A DNA stretch of 64,000 bases from Candidatus Krumholzibacteriia bacterium (GTDB lineage Bacteria; Krumholzibacteriota; Krumholzibacteriia; JAJRXK01), in contig JBGPIA010000002.1 in the NCBI GenBank assembly GCA_041484665.1, forward strand, positions 672,001-736,000, in the 5' to 3' direction. Under the pieces are notes generated by a model. The model searched no databases and was not told where the DNA came from. It saw only the letters and a list, made by a program, of their open reading frames with translations. The translations under genes and the position numbers were made by a program. Shown here piece by piece: positions 21,291 to 29,675 of this stretch. Each line of letters starts with the position of its first letter. The stretch's first letter is position 1.

Positions 21291-21460
21291 CGGTGTCGGA
21301 CCCTCCTCGGGTCCCCTGGGGGGTGGACCCGCGCAGTGGGGCCCCCTCAATATCGGGGGCGCGGGGCCGCCGGGGCAACCGCGCGCATTGACAAATGCCG
21401 CCCCAATCAAGTATTTATCCCTGGTTTCCCACCCCACGGGACCCGCTGAAGGAGTCCGCC

Positions 21461-22372
21461 GTGCGACGCGCCGCCTTGCTGTCCGGAATGCTGCTGCTTC
21501 TGGGGAGCGCGGGAGCCTGGGCCCAGACGCCCAGGGAGCCCCAGATGCCCAAGCAACCCGACCAGCCCGAGGAGACCCAGCCCGGCCGGGAGCGCAACGA
21601 GGTCGTCACCGAGAAGCTGTTCGTCCCGGGACTCAAGCGCAACGCGTGGCAACTGGACGTGCAGCTGGGCACGCTTGGCCTTGCCAAGACTTTCCTGAAG
21701 GCCGATCGGATCCTCGTCGACTACGAGTCCGACGCGGGCAGCGCCCTGTATGGGAACATGTCCCTGCAGGGACAGAGCTCGTTTAGCCCGCAGGTCAAGC
21801 TCGGACACACGATCAAGTCGTTCAGCCTCGAGGAGGGCGTCGGGTTCGCCATCGGGGACTTCAAGCAGCAGGTCGATCGCGGCAGCATCGTCTCGCCCGC
21901 CCCGACCAACACCAACACGCTGACCGACAACGAGGTCAAGACGGGCTCGTATTTCATGTGGTTCCACGAGACGTCGGTGTCGTGGTACCCCATCGTACGC
22001 GGGCGCTTGCTGCCGTACGTGTCGGGCGGCGTCGGCGGACAGTACTACTTCCTCGACAGCTCCAACTACGTGCACGGCACGACCTCGAGCCTGGCGTTCA
22101 GCACCGGCGTGGGCCTGCGGCTCGTCGGCGACAACGTTCTCTCGGCGCGGCTCGAAGTGCGCAACTACTGGTACTCGGTGGACTTCACACCGTCCCAGAA
22201 CTTCCTGAAAGACGTGCCGAATCCTGACCGTGGGGCTCCCGTCGGGGAACGGCTGTTGAACATCCCGCTCACGGCGTTGGACGCCGACGGCACGGCGCAG
22301 CAGGTGACGAAGTACGACAAGCAGTCTTTCAGCAACCTGTGGATGTCGGTCGGGTTCGTGGCGGCGTTCTAG
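21461..22372 (+). CDS. Outer-membrane beta-barrel protein (OmpA/OmpW-like)
   Basis: GGAG RBS plus GTG, signal peptide, 'PYVSGGVG', 'G.GLR...ARLEVR', terminal Phe. Confidence 0.7.
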   Translation: MRRAALLSGMLLLLGSAGAWAQTPREPQMPKQPDQPEETQPGRERNEVVTEKLFVPGLKRNAWQLDVQLGTLGLAKTFLKADRILVDYESDAGSALYGNMSLQGQSSFSPQVKLGHTIKSFSLEEGVGFAIGDFKQQVDRGSIVSPAPTNTNTLTDNEVKTGSYFMWFHETSVSWYPIVRGRLLPYVSGGVGGQYYFLDSSNYVHGTTSSLAFSTGVGLRLVGDNVLSARLEVRNYWYSVDFTPSQNFLKDVPNPDRGAPVGERLLNIPLTALDADGTAQQVTKYDKQSFSNLWMSVGFVAAF

Positions 22373-22385
22373 TCCCCGGTTTGCT

Positions 22386-23894
22386 TCACGTCCTGCGGTA
22401 GGCCAGCGCTTCCGACAGTTCGTCGGTTCCCACCGCCGCCCGCCCCTCCAGATCGGCAATCGTGCGCGCCACGCGCAGCGCGCTGTGCAGCGCGCGCAGC
22501 GAAAGCCCCTTGAGGTCGGCCCACTGCTCGGCCTGGCGACGCACCGCGGGGCCCAGTCGGCAGAGCTCCTGCAAGCGCTCGGGGGCCAGCTGCGCGTTCA
22601 GCGCTCCACCGCGCGCCAGCGCCAGCTCGCGCGCCTTGTGGATGCGCGCGCGCAGACCGTCGTCGCCATCGGCGTTGTCCCACAGCTTCCCCGCCGGCTC
22701 GCGGTCCATCTCGACCCATAGGTCGATGCGGTCGCGCAGCGGGCCCGACAGTCGGCGCTGGTAGCGGGCGATCTCGGAGGGCAGACAGCGGCAGGGGCGC
22801 GTCGCGCTGCCCAGGTAGCCGCACGGGCAGGGGTTAGTCGCCGCAAGCAGTTGGAAGCGTGCGGGGAAGCGCACCGTCTCTCCCAGGCGCGAAAGCCGGA
22901 TCTCGCCTCGGGTCAGCGGCTCACGCAGGAGGTCGAGCTTCTCGGCGCCCAGCTCGGCAGCCTCGTCCAGCAGCAGCACTCCGTGGTGGGCGAGCGTAAC
23001 TTCCCCGGGGCGCACCGGACGCCCCCCGCCGATCAGGCCGGCCACGCTCACGGAGTGATGCGGCGCGCGCAACGGCGGCAGGGCCGCGGCCACCGGGTCG
23101 ACGGCGAGCCCAGCGCAGCTCTGGATGCGCAGCCGCTCCAGACGCTGCTCGCTCTGCAGCGCGGGCAAGAGCCCCGGCAGGCAGTGTGCGAGCATCGTCT
23201 TGCCGCAGCCGGGTGGCCCGATCATCAGCACGTGATGCCCACCCGCCGCGGCGATCGCCAGCGCCCGCTTGGCCTTCGCCTGGCCACGAACCTGCCCGAA
23301 CGGGCTGTCCTGCGCCGGCGAAGGCGCAGGCGGTGCGGTGCCACCGCAGGCGGGCGCGTCGGGCAGCCGGCGCAGCGCCTCGGCCAGCTCGCGCAGGTGC
23401 GATAGCGTCACGCGCCGTAGGCCGGGGATGCAGTCCAGCTCCCGCGCCTGCGCGGCCGGCACGAGCAGGCGGTCGGCACCCATCGAAGGCGCGTCCAGCC
23501 CCAACGCCAGCGCGCCGCGCGCGGGGCGCAGGGCGCCGTCCAGCCCCAGCTCGCCGACGATCAGCGTGCGTCGCAGCACGCCGTCGGGCGGGCGCGCCAG
23601 TTGGCCGGACGCCAGCAGCAACCCCGTCGCGATCGCCAGATCCATCGCCGCTCCATCCTTGCGCAGATCGGCCGGAGCGAGGCTCACGGTGATCCGCCGC
23701 TCGGGCCAGCTGAAGCCTGCGTGCCGCAGCGCCGCCCCCACGCGCTCGCGGCTCTCGCGCACTGCGGCACTGGCCAGTCCCACCATGGAGAAGCCGGGCA
23801 GGCCGCGCGCGAGGTCGACCTCCACTCGTACGCGCAGCCCGGCCAGCCCGTGCAGCGTCCCCGTGACGACCCGGGCCACCTCGTCGTCGTTCAT
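22386..23894 (-). CDS. YifB/ComM family Mg-chelatase-like AAA+ ATPase
   Basis: VRESRERV, GPPGCGKTMLA, RAPHHS.S..GL.GGG, PGEVTLAHHGVLLLDE, NPCPCG and LSGPL.DRID motifs. Confidence 0.95.
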   Translation of the reverse strand: MNDDEVARVVTGTLHGLAGLRVRVEVDLARGLPGFSMVGLASAAVRESRERVGAALRHAGFSWPERRITVSLAPADLRKDGAAMDLAIATGLLLASGQLARPPDGVLRRTLIVGELGLDGALRPARGALALGLDAPSMGADRLLVPAAQARELDCIPGLRRVTLSHLRELAEALRRLPDAPACGGTAPPAPSPAQDSPFGQVRGQAKAKRALAIAAAGGHHVLMIGPPGCGKTMLAHCLPGLLPALQSEQRLERLRIQSCAGLAVDPVAAALPPLRAPHHSVSVAGLIGGGRPVRPGEVTLAHHGVLLLDEAAELGAEKLDLLREPLTRGEIRLSRLGETVRFPARFQLLAATNPCPCGYLGSATRPCRCLPSEIARYQRRLSGPLRDRIDLWVEMDREPAGKLWDNADGDDGLRARIHKARELALARGGALNAQLAPERLQELCRLGPAVRRQAEQWADLKGLSLRALHSALRVARTIADLEGRAAVGTDELSEALAYRRT

Positions 23895-24116
23895 CCGTCA
23901 TGCGATCCCGTCCGGGAGGCGGGTGCGGCGCGCGCCACGCAGGCGCGGGCTGAGGCAGACGCGGAGAATCTCGCGGGAGAGCTTGGAGCGAGAAGGCGCA
24001 AGCGAAGCACCGGCCGCGGGATGCTAGCGCGCCGCGCCTGCACGGCGCAAGATGGCAAGGCACGGCGCCGCGACCGCTGAGCGCGGCCCCGCGACCGTGG
24101 AGCCCCCGCCCGCAGA

Positions 24117-25163
24117 ATGAAAGGACGCTCGACCGTGGACGAGCTGCAGGTCATCGCCGCCCCGATGGACCTCCCGCTGCAGCGGCCCTTCACCATCGCC
24201 CGCGGCAGCAAGACCGTGGCGCAAAACGTCCTGGTGCGGATCAAGAGCCAGGGCGGGGCGGGGCGGGGAGAAGCAGCTCCTTCCCCCCGCTACGGCCAGT
24301 CGCAAGCCTCCTGCCTGCAGGCGCTGGCGGCCTTCCGGCCGCCCCAGGGGCTCGGCCCGTTGGACATGCCCGAGATTCTCGACGCGTTCTCGGCGCAGTT
24401 CCCAGGTGAAGCCGCCGCGCGGTGCGCGCTGGAGTCTGCGCTGTGGGATTGGGTCGGCCGCCGACGGCACCTGGCGCTGCACCGCCTGCTCGCCATCGAT
24501 CCCGCGCGCACCCCGTTGTCGTCGTTCACGATCTCCATCGATGAGCCCGACGCCATCGAGGCCCGCGTGCGCGAGGCCGAAGGCTGGCCCATCCTCAAGG
24601 TCAAAGTGGGTGGCGGAGCGGCCGACGTCGCGGCGATCGAACGCCTGCGCGCCACGACCGACCGCCCCTTCCGCGTCGATGCCAACGAAGCCTGGAGCGA
24701 AGCCGAGGGGCGCGAGAAGATCGCGTGGCTGGCGGGGCTCGGCTGCGAGTTGGTGGAGCAGCCGCTGCCCGCCGGCTCACTGGATGCGATGGAGCGCCTG
24801 AAGGCGGCGAGCCCGCTGCCGCTGGTCGCTGACGAGGACGCCACCGACGCCGACGCGGTCTGGGACCTGGCCCGCGGCTTCCACGGCGTCAACGTGAAGC
24901 TCATGAAGACCGGGGGCCTGCGCGACGCCGTGCGGATGATCCACGCGGCGCGCGCCGCCGGGCTGGGCGTGATGTTGGGCTGCTTCGTGGAGAGCAGCCT
25001 GGGGATCGCCGCGGCGGCCCACCTGGCTCCCTTGGCGCGCTGGGCCGATCTCGACGGCGCCGCGCTGCTGGCGAACGACCCCTATCGCGGGGCGGAGGTC
25101 GTGGACGGTCGGATCACCATCCCCACCGGATCCGGACTGGGCGTCGAGGAAACGGACGCCTAG
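24117..25163 (+). CDS. L-Ala-D/L-Glu dipeptide epimerase (enolase superfamily)
   Basis: PFTIARGSK, KVK, VDANEAW, EQP, ADE, NVKLMKTGG and DLDG motifs. Confidence 0.9.
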   Translation: MKGRSTVDELQVIAAPMDLPLQRPFTIARGSKTVAQNVLVRIKSQGGAGRGEAAPSPRYGQSQASCLQALAAFRPPQGLGPLDMPEILDAFSAQFPGEAAARCALESALWDWVGRRRHLALHRLLAIDPARTPLSSFTISIDEPDAIEARVREAEGWPILKVKVGGGAADVAAIERLRATTDRPFRVDANEAWSEAEGREKIAWLAGLGCELVEQPLPAGSLDAMERLKAASPLPLVADEDATDADAVWDLARGFHGVNVKLMKTGGLRDAVRMIHAARAAGLGVMLGCFVESSLGIAAAAHLAPLARWADLDGAALLANDPYRGAEVVDGRITIPTGSGLGVEETDA

Positions 25164-25328
25164 CGCCGCCCGCCAGGCGATCGTCGCTGCCTGGGACCAG
25201 CGCTCTCCACGCAGCCGTCACCCACAGCAACGCCGCGCCACAACTGCCCCGCAAACGCCGGCGCCCCCCGCTACCTGCGGTGGGCGCCGACTCGAGGGCG
25301 AAGGCCGCGCGCGCAGGCGCGCGGTGTG

Positions 25329-25997
25329 CTACGGGTGGTAGCTGTCCTTCAATGTCCCCCAGCTGCGCTGCTCGGTCGGCACGCCTTCGGTGCAGACCAT
25401 CTTCGCGTTGAACGTGCGCGTGAACGGCGCGCTCGGCATCGGATTGAACACCGGGCTGCCGCCGTGGATCACGCTCGCCAGGAACGAGCAGTCCAGCGGG
25501 GCGGTGGCCAGGATGTCAGCGTAGCGGGTCCCGCCGACGTACAGGTAGCTGCCCACGCCGTTGCCGTAGGCCAGGCCGAAGACGTCCGTCTGCAGCGAGG
25601 CCGTGAACCCCGAGAGCGACCCGGTCAGGATCGCCGTCCCGTCGGAGAACGTTCCCAGACTGGCGTAGCTGGCCGGCGTGGAGGCATCCTCGTAGATCGC
25701 CCAGCTGCCGGTCGCGTACGTGTCGTTCAGCTGCGTCGCCAAGGTGCCGGTCTTGCCCGTCTGGATCAGCGCTGCCACGAGCGTGTACTGCTTCGTCGCG
25801 AAATCCAGGGGGATCGGCGTTGGAGTGCCCGGCGTCGGCGGGTTGGCGATCCCGTAGACGTACAGGGTGCTCCCGATGGCGTCGTCGGTGGGCACCGCGT
25901 AGCTGAATCCCTCGAAGGTGAACGCCCCATTCGCGGCCGCACCGCTTGCGAACGCAGCGACGAACGCGAAGGTGAGGATCGCTGTCGCCATCTTCAT
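25329..25997 (-). CDS. Secreted protein with C-terminal SWGxLK motif
   Basis: Signal peptide; beta-rich body; ends VPTEQRSWGTLKDSYHP. Confidence 0.8.
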   Translation of the reverse strand: MKMATAILTFAFVAAFASGAAANGAFTFEGFSYAVPTDDAIGSTLYVYGIANPPTPGTPTPIPLDFATKQYTLVAALIQTGKTGTLATQLNDTYATGSWAIYEDASTPASYASLGTFSDGTAILTGSLSGFTASLQTDVFGLAYGNGVGSYLYVGGTRYADILATAPLDCSFLASVIHGGSPVFNPMPSAPFTRTFNAKMVCTEGVPTEQRSWGTLKDSYHP

Positions 25998-26063
25998 GTT
26001 GTCTGATCCCCTTTCCGCTTGATCAAGCCGACCTCGGCGCGCCGCTGTCGGCGCCGCCGCGTT

Positions 26064-26768
26064 CTAGTTCTTGTAGAGGGCCTTGAGCTTGCCCCACGAG
26101 TTCTGCTCGGCAGGCACGCCCGAGTCCACGAAGATCTGGCCGTCGAGCTCCAGGTTGTAACCCTGGGGAATGAGCGGGTCGAGCTGGGGCCCCACGATGC
26201 CTTCGAACAGGAAGCTGTTGCCCGTGGGCGGCAGGGGACCGTTCTGATCGGCCGTGAAGACGATCACGCCCTGGGCACTGCCGGTGAAGCGCACCGTGTT
26301 GTACCGCAGGTTGAACTGGGTGAAGTGCCCGATCAAGTAAACCGAGCCATCGGTGAACGTGCCGGGAGCCGAAGCATTCGGCGGGTTGATCCCGTAGTCG
26401 CCCACGGTGTAGCTCCCGCCGCCCACCTGGTCCGTGTGGATCTCGACGTTCCCCCCCGCGTAGGACACGAGGATCTCATCGAGATTGGCCGGATTCACGA
26501 TCTGGCCGCCCGACACGAGATTGGAGAAGTAGTAGGTGTACTCGTACGGTCCGAGCGGAGGCGTGAGCGCCTGGCTCGCGCCATCGACGAAGCCGACCGC
26601 GAACATCTGGTCGCCAGGATCGCTGGGCGGAAAGACGTTGGGGCCGCCCCCGCCGACCGAGCTCTCCCACACGTTGCCGATGATGTCGAACACGACATAC
26701 TGGGCGGAGGCCGGACCGACCAGCATTGCCAGGAGAAGCGCTGTCGTCGTTAGCAAGGAAATTCGCAT
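26064..26768 (-). CDS. Secreted protein with C-terminal SWGxLK motif (probable paralog of neighbour)
   Basis: Signal peptide MRISLLTTTALLLAMLVGPASA; shares 'YT...GTF.DG...L.G' with neighbour; ends VPAEQNSWGKLKALYKN. Confidence 0.8.
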   Translation of the reverse strand: MRISLLTTTALLLAMLVGPASAQYVVFDIIGNVWESSVGGGGPNVFPPSDPGDQMFAVGFVDGASQALTPPLGPYEYTYYFSNLVSGGQIVNPANLDEILVSYAGGNVEIHTDQVGGGSYTVGDYGINPPNASAPGTFTDGSVYLIGHFTQFNLRYNTVRFTGSAQGVIVFTADQNGPLPPTGNSFLFEGIVGPQLDPLIPQGYNLELDGQIFVDSGVPAEQNSWGKLKALYKN

Positions 26769-26834
26769 CGATACCGCCTCGTCGTCGATCGGGTTGTAGA
26801 ACACTGCGCTACGAGCGCAGCTCGCGTCAGGAGT

Positions 26835-26864
26835 CAACGTGGCGATGCCAACGTGGCGATGCCA
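26835..26864. repeat. 14-bp tandem direct repeat (CAACGTGGCGATGC x2)
   Basis: Read directly; lies in the upstream region of the SWG-motif genes. Confidence 0.8.
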
Positions 26865-27290
26865 GGAGGGAGCCTGCATCCACTCTACCATGGGACAGCC
26901 AGGAGCCTCAAGAAAGAACTCCGCTCAGCGGGATCATTCGGGGACACGCGGGAGTTCCGGAGGAAGGGCACAAAAAGCGAAAGCCGATGTGGGTGCAAAA
27001 CGCCCCGGCGCCGGACGAAGTCGCCTCGGCACACGTTGCGCCACCGCGCAGGCCGCTGGGCAGACCAGCGCTCGCCCCCACCGCAAGGGCGATACTCCCA
27101 CTCCCCACTCGCCCTTTGCGGGGGCAGCCGGGCACCACGCGGAACTTGCGGCCATTACTCTCCCCCCAGAGCAGCGGGCAGTCGTTATGGGGCAGCCCGT
27201 GCCACGCCGCGGCACCCGCCCGGGGCGGCGCCGGTCCGCCCGTACCGGCGGCCATGTTGGCACGCAGGTTGTACCTCTGCGGAATCCGTG

Positions 27291-28727
27291 ATGCGTGGAA
27301 GCCGTTTCAAGCACTTCCAGATCCTCGCGCCGCTGGGCAGCGGGGGCATGGGCGAGGTGTATCTCGCCCTGGACACCACGCTGGAGCGCCGCATTGCGCT
27401 CAAGTTCCTCCCACGCTCGCTCACCGGAGATCCCGCCGCCCAGGGACGCCTGCTGGATGAGGCGCGCACCTGCTCGCGCATCCAGCACCCCAACGTCGCC
27501 GTCGTCCACTCCATCGAGGAGGACGGCGGCATCTTCGCCATCTGTATGGAGTACGTGGAGGGCATGACGGTGCGGGAGCTGATTGGCTCGAGGCCACTGC
27601 CCCTGCGCCAGGTGCTTTCGATCGCCACCGGCATCGCCGATGGACTACATGCGGCCCACGAGCTCAAGGTCATCCACCGGGACCTCAAGCCGGCGAACGT
27701 GATCGTGACCGACCACGGCGAAGTGAAGGTCATGGACTTCGGGCTGGCGCTGCGGCCGGCGCGCACGGTGCAGACCGCGGGTCCCGAGTCGTTCGGCACG
27801 GTGGCCTACATGTCGCCCGAGCAGGCCAGGGGCAGGGAGCTCGACCGGTCCACGGACATCTTCTCGTTCGGGTCGACGATCTACGAGATGCTGGCAGGGC
27901 GGCTCCCCTTCGAAGGCGAGAACGACCTCGCGGTATTGCAGGCGATCATCGGTCAGGAGCCACCCCCGTTGCGCGAGGTGCGCCGCGACGTGCCGCCAGC
28001 ACTCGACCGCCTCGTTCGCTGCTGCATGGAGAAGGACAAGGAGCGCCGCCACGGCACCATGGCCGCAGTCGCCGAGGACCTGCGCACGTTGCAGCCGATC
28101 GTCGAGAGCGGACCCAAGGACCTGATCGGTGAGCTCGCCTCGGGCCTGCGCGACAAGGAAACGAGGCTGCTGCGACCCTCCGGTCGCCAGCACCCCACGC
28201 GACTGTCCCCCACCGTCGCCCGCACGGCGCCGGCCCCCGGCACCTCCGCCAGCGTGGCCGACGTAGCGGTCGCCCCGAGCCCGCCCGGCGCGGGCGCCGC
28301 CGGGCGCGGCGGCGCGCGTGGCGCTGCCGGCGCACCGGGGCGGGTGGCTGCGCGCGGGGCCGCGCGCGCTGTGGCTCGCGCAGAGGCTCGCGGCGATGCG
28401 CCTGGAGCTGCCCGCAGCCCGGGCCGCCGCGCAGGCCGCGCTGCAGCACCGGCGGCCGGAACCAGCCCGGCGGCCGCCACACGGGAATCCGCGGCCGTCG
28501 CGGACGAGGCGGAGATGCTCGCCCGTTATTCGCGCCGGCGCATAGGCCCCAAAGCCATCCTCGGCATCTTCATCGCCTTCCTGATCGTCGCAATGGGGAT
28601 CTTCGTGCTGGGACGGATGAGCGCGCGGCACGCGGCCGCCAGGGCCGGCGCAGGCGTCCCGGCGGCCACAGAGACCCCCCAGGCCCCTCTGCAAGAACGG
28701 ACCGCTAGCAGCGGCGCGCGCCGCTGA
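27291..28727 (+). CDS. Membrane-anchored Hanks-type Ser/Thr protein kinase
   Basis: LGSGGMGEVY, ALK, HRDLKPAN, DFG, GT.AYMSPEQ and DIFSFG motifs; Ala/Arg-rich linker; single C-terminal TM. Confidence 0.93.
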   Translation: MRGSRFKHFQILAPLGSGGMGEVYLALDTTLERRIALKFLPRSLTGDPAAQGRLLDEARTCSRIQHPNVAVVHSIEEDGGIFAICMEYVEGMTVRELIGSRPLPLRQVLSIATGIADGLHAAHELKVIHRDLKPANVIVTDHGEVKVMDFGLALRPARTVQTAGPESFGTVAYMSPEQARGRELDRSTDIFSFGSTIYEMLAGRLPFEGENDLAVLQAIIGQEPPPLREVRRDVPPALDRLVRCCMEKDKERRHGTMAAVAEDLRTLQPIVESGPKDLIGELASGLRDKETRLLRPSGRQHPTRLSPTVARTAPAPGTSASVADVAVAPSPPGAGAAGRGGARGAAGAPGRVAARGAARAVARAEARGDAPGAARSPGRRAGRAAAPAAGTSPAAATRESAAVADEAEMLARYSRRRIGPKAILGIFIAFLIVAMGIFVLGRMSARHAAARAGAGVPAATETPQAPLQERTASSGARR

Positions 28728-28744
28728 CCCCCCGGCGCCCGTCC

Positions 28745-29470
28745 TTAGCGCGGCCGCGTCGGCGCGACGAGCGCTAGCAACTCCGCCAGGATCATGGCGG
28801 TGGCGCCCCACAGCACGTTGCCGCCGCCGGGGCGCCCCCGGTCGCCTGGGCTTGCGGACCCCTCACTGCCGCGCGCAGTGTCGGCGCTGCCGCCGTTGAT
28901 GCGCCAACACGGGATCTCGTGTCGGGTCCCGCGGATCTCCAGGGGAAACGTCTGCTCGCAACTCGGCGTCTCGAGCTCCTCGAGCGACGTGATGAGGATC
29001 TCCGCGACTTCTTTGGGGTCGGGGCTGTAGGCGGGCGCACGGGCTGCGACGGTCACCACGGGCATCACACGGAAGCCGCTCACGGGGATGAAGTGGGGCG
29101 ACAGGCGGCCGATGACGCGCAGCTCACCGCTCTGGACGCCCAGCTCCTCGCGAGCCTCGCGCAGTGCGGTCTGCTCCGGCGTCTCGCCGGGCTCGCGGCT
29201 GCCGCCAGGTAGCGAGATCTGGCCGCTATGGGCGTCGTGGGCGACGCTCGTGCGGCGCATGAGCGGCAGGCAGACACGCTCTGCGTGCGGGTAGAGCAGG
29301 ATCAGGACGGCGGCGCGGCGCGCCTCGGCCGGGTCGATCACCGGCGGCCTGGCCGGCAGACGGCTGGGCCACATACGCTGCTTGGCGGGATCGCCGGGAA
29401 GAGCGCCCTGCGCGAGGGCCTGCTCCAGAGCGGCGAGGCGCTGGTGGGGTGTCGGCGGCGCGGCGGACAT
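28745..29470 (-). CDS. Nudix hydrolase, CoA pyrophosphatase type
   Basis: AAVLILL, HSGQISLPGG..EPGE....TALREA.EELG and WGATA.IL motifs. Confidence 0.9.
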   Translation of the reverse strand: MSAAPPTPHQRLAALEQALAQGALPGDPAKQRMWPSRLPARPPVIDPAEARRAAVLILLYPHAERVCLPLMRRTSVAHDAHSGQISLPGGSREPGETPEQTALREAREELGVQSGELRVIGRLSPHFIPVSGFRVMPVVTVAARAPAYSPDPKEVAEILITSLEELETPSCEQTFPLEIRGTRHEIPCWRINGGSADTARGSEGSASPGDRGRPGGGNVLWGATAMILAELLALVAPTRPR

Positions 29471-29675
29471 GGGCGGCGGGGCCAATATACGAGGCCGGCC
29501 CGATCCGGCCAGACGCCCCAGGCGGCAACGGAGCGGCCGGCGAAGTCTCCGCCTCGCCGGCCGCACTCCACCGTTGCACCGGATCGCTCGCCACGCCGGC
29601 TGGGCCGCGGGCACGCCTGGCACCGCAGTTCACGCGGCGAGCGGCCGGGCCCGCGACGGAGCGATCAGGGACGAC

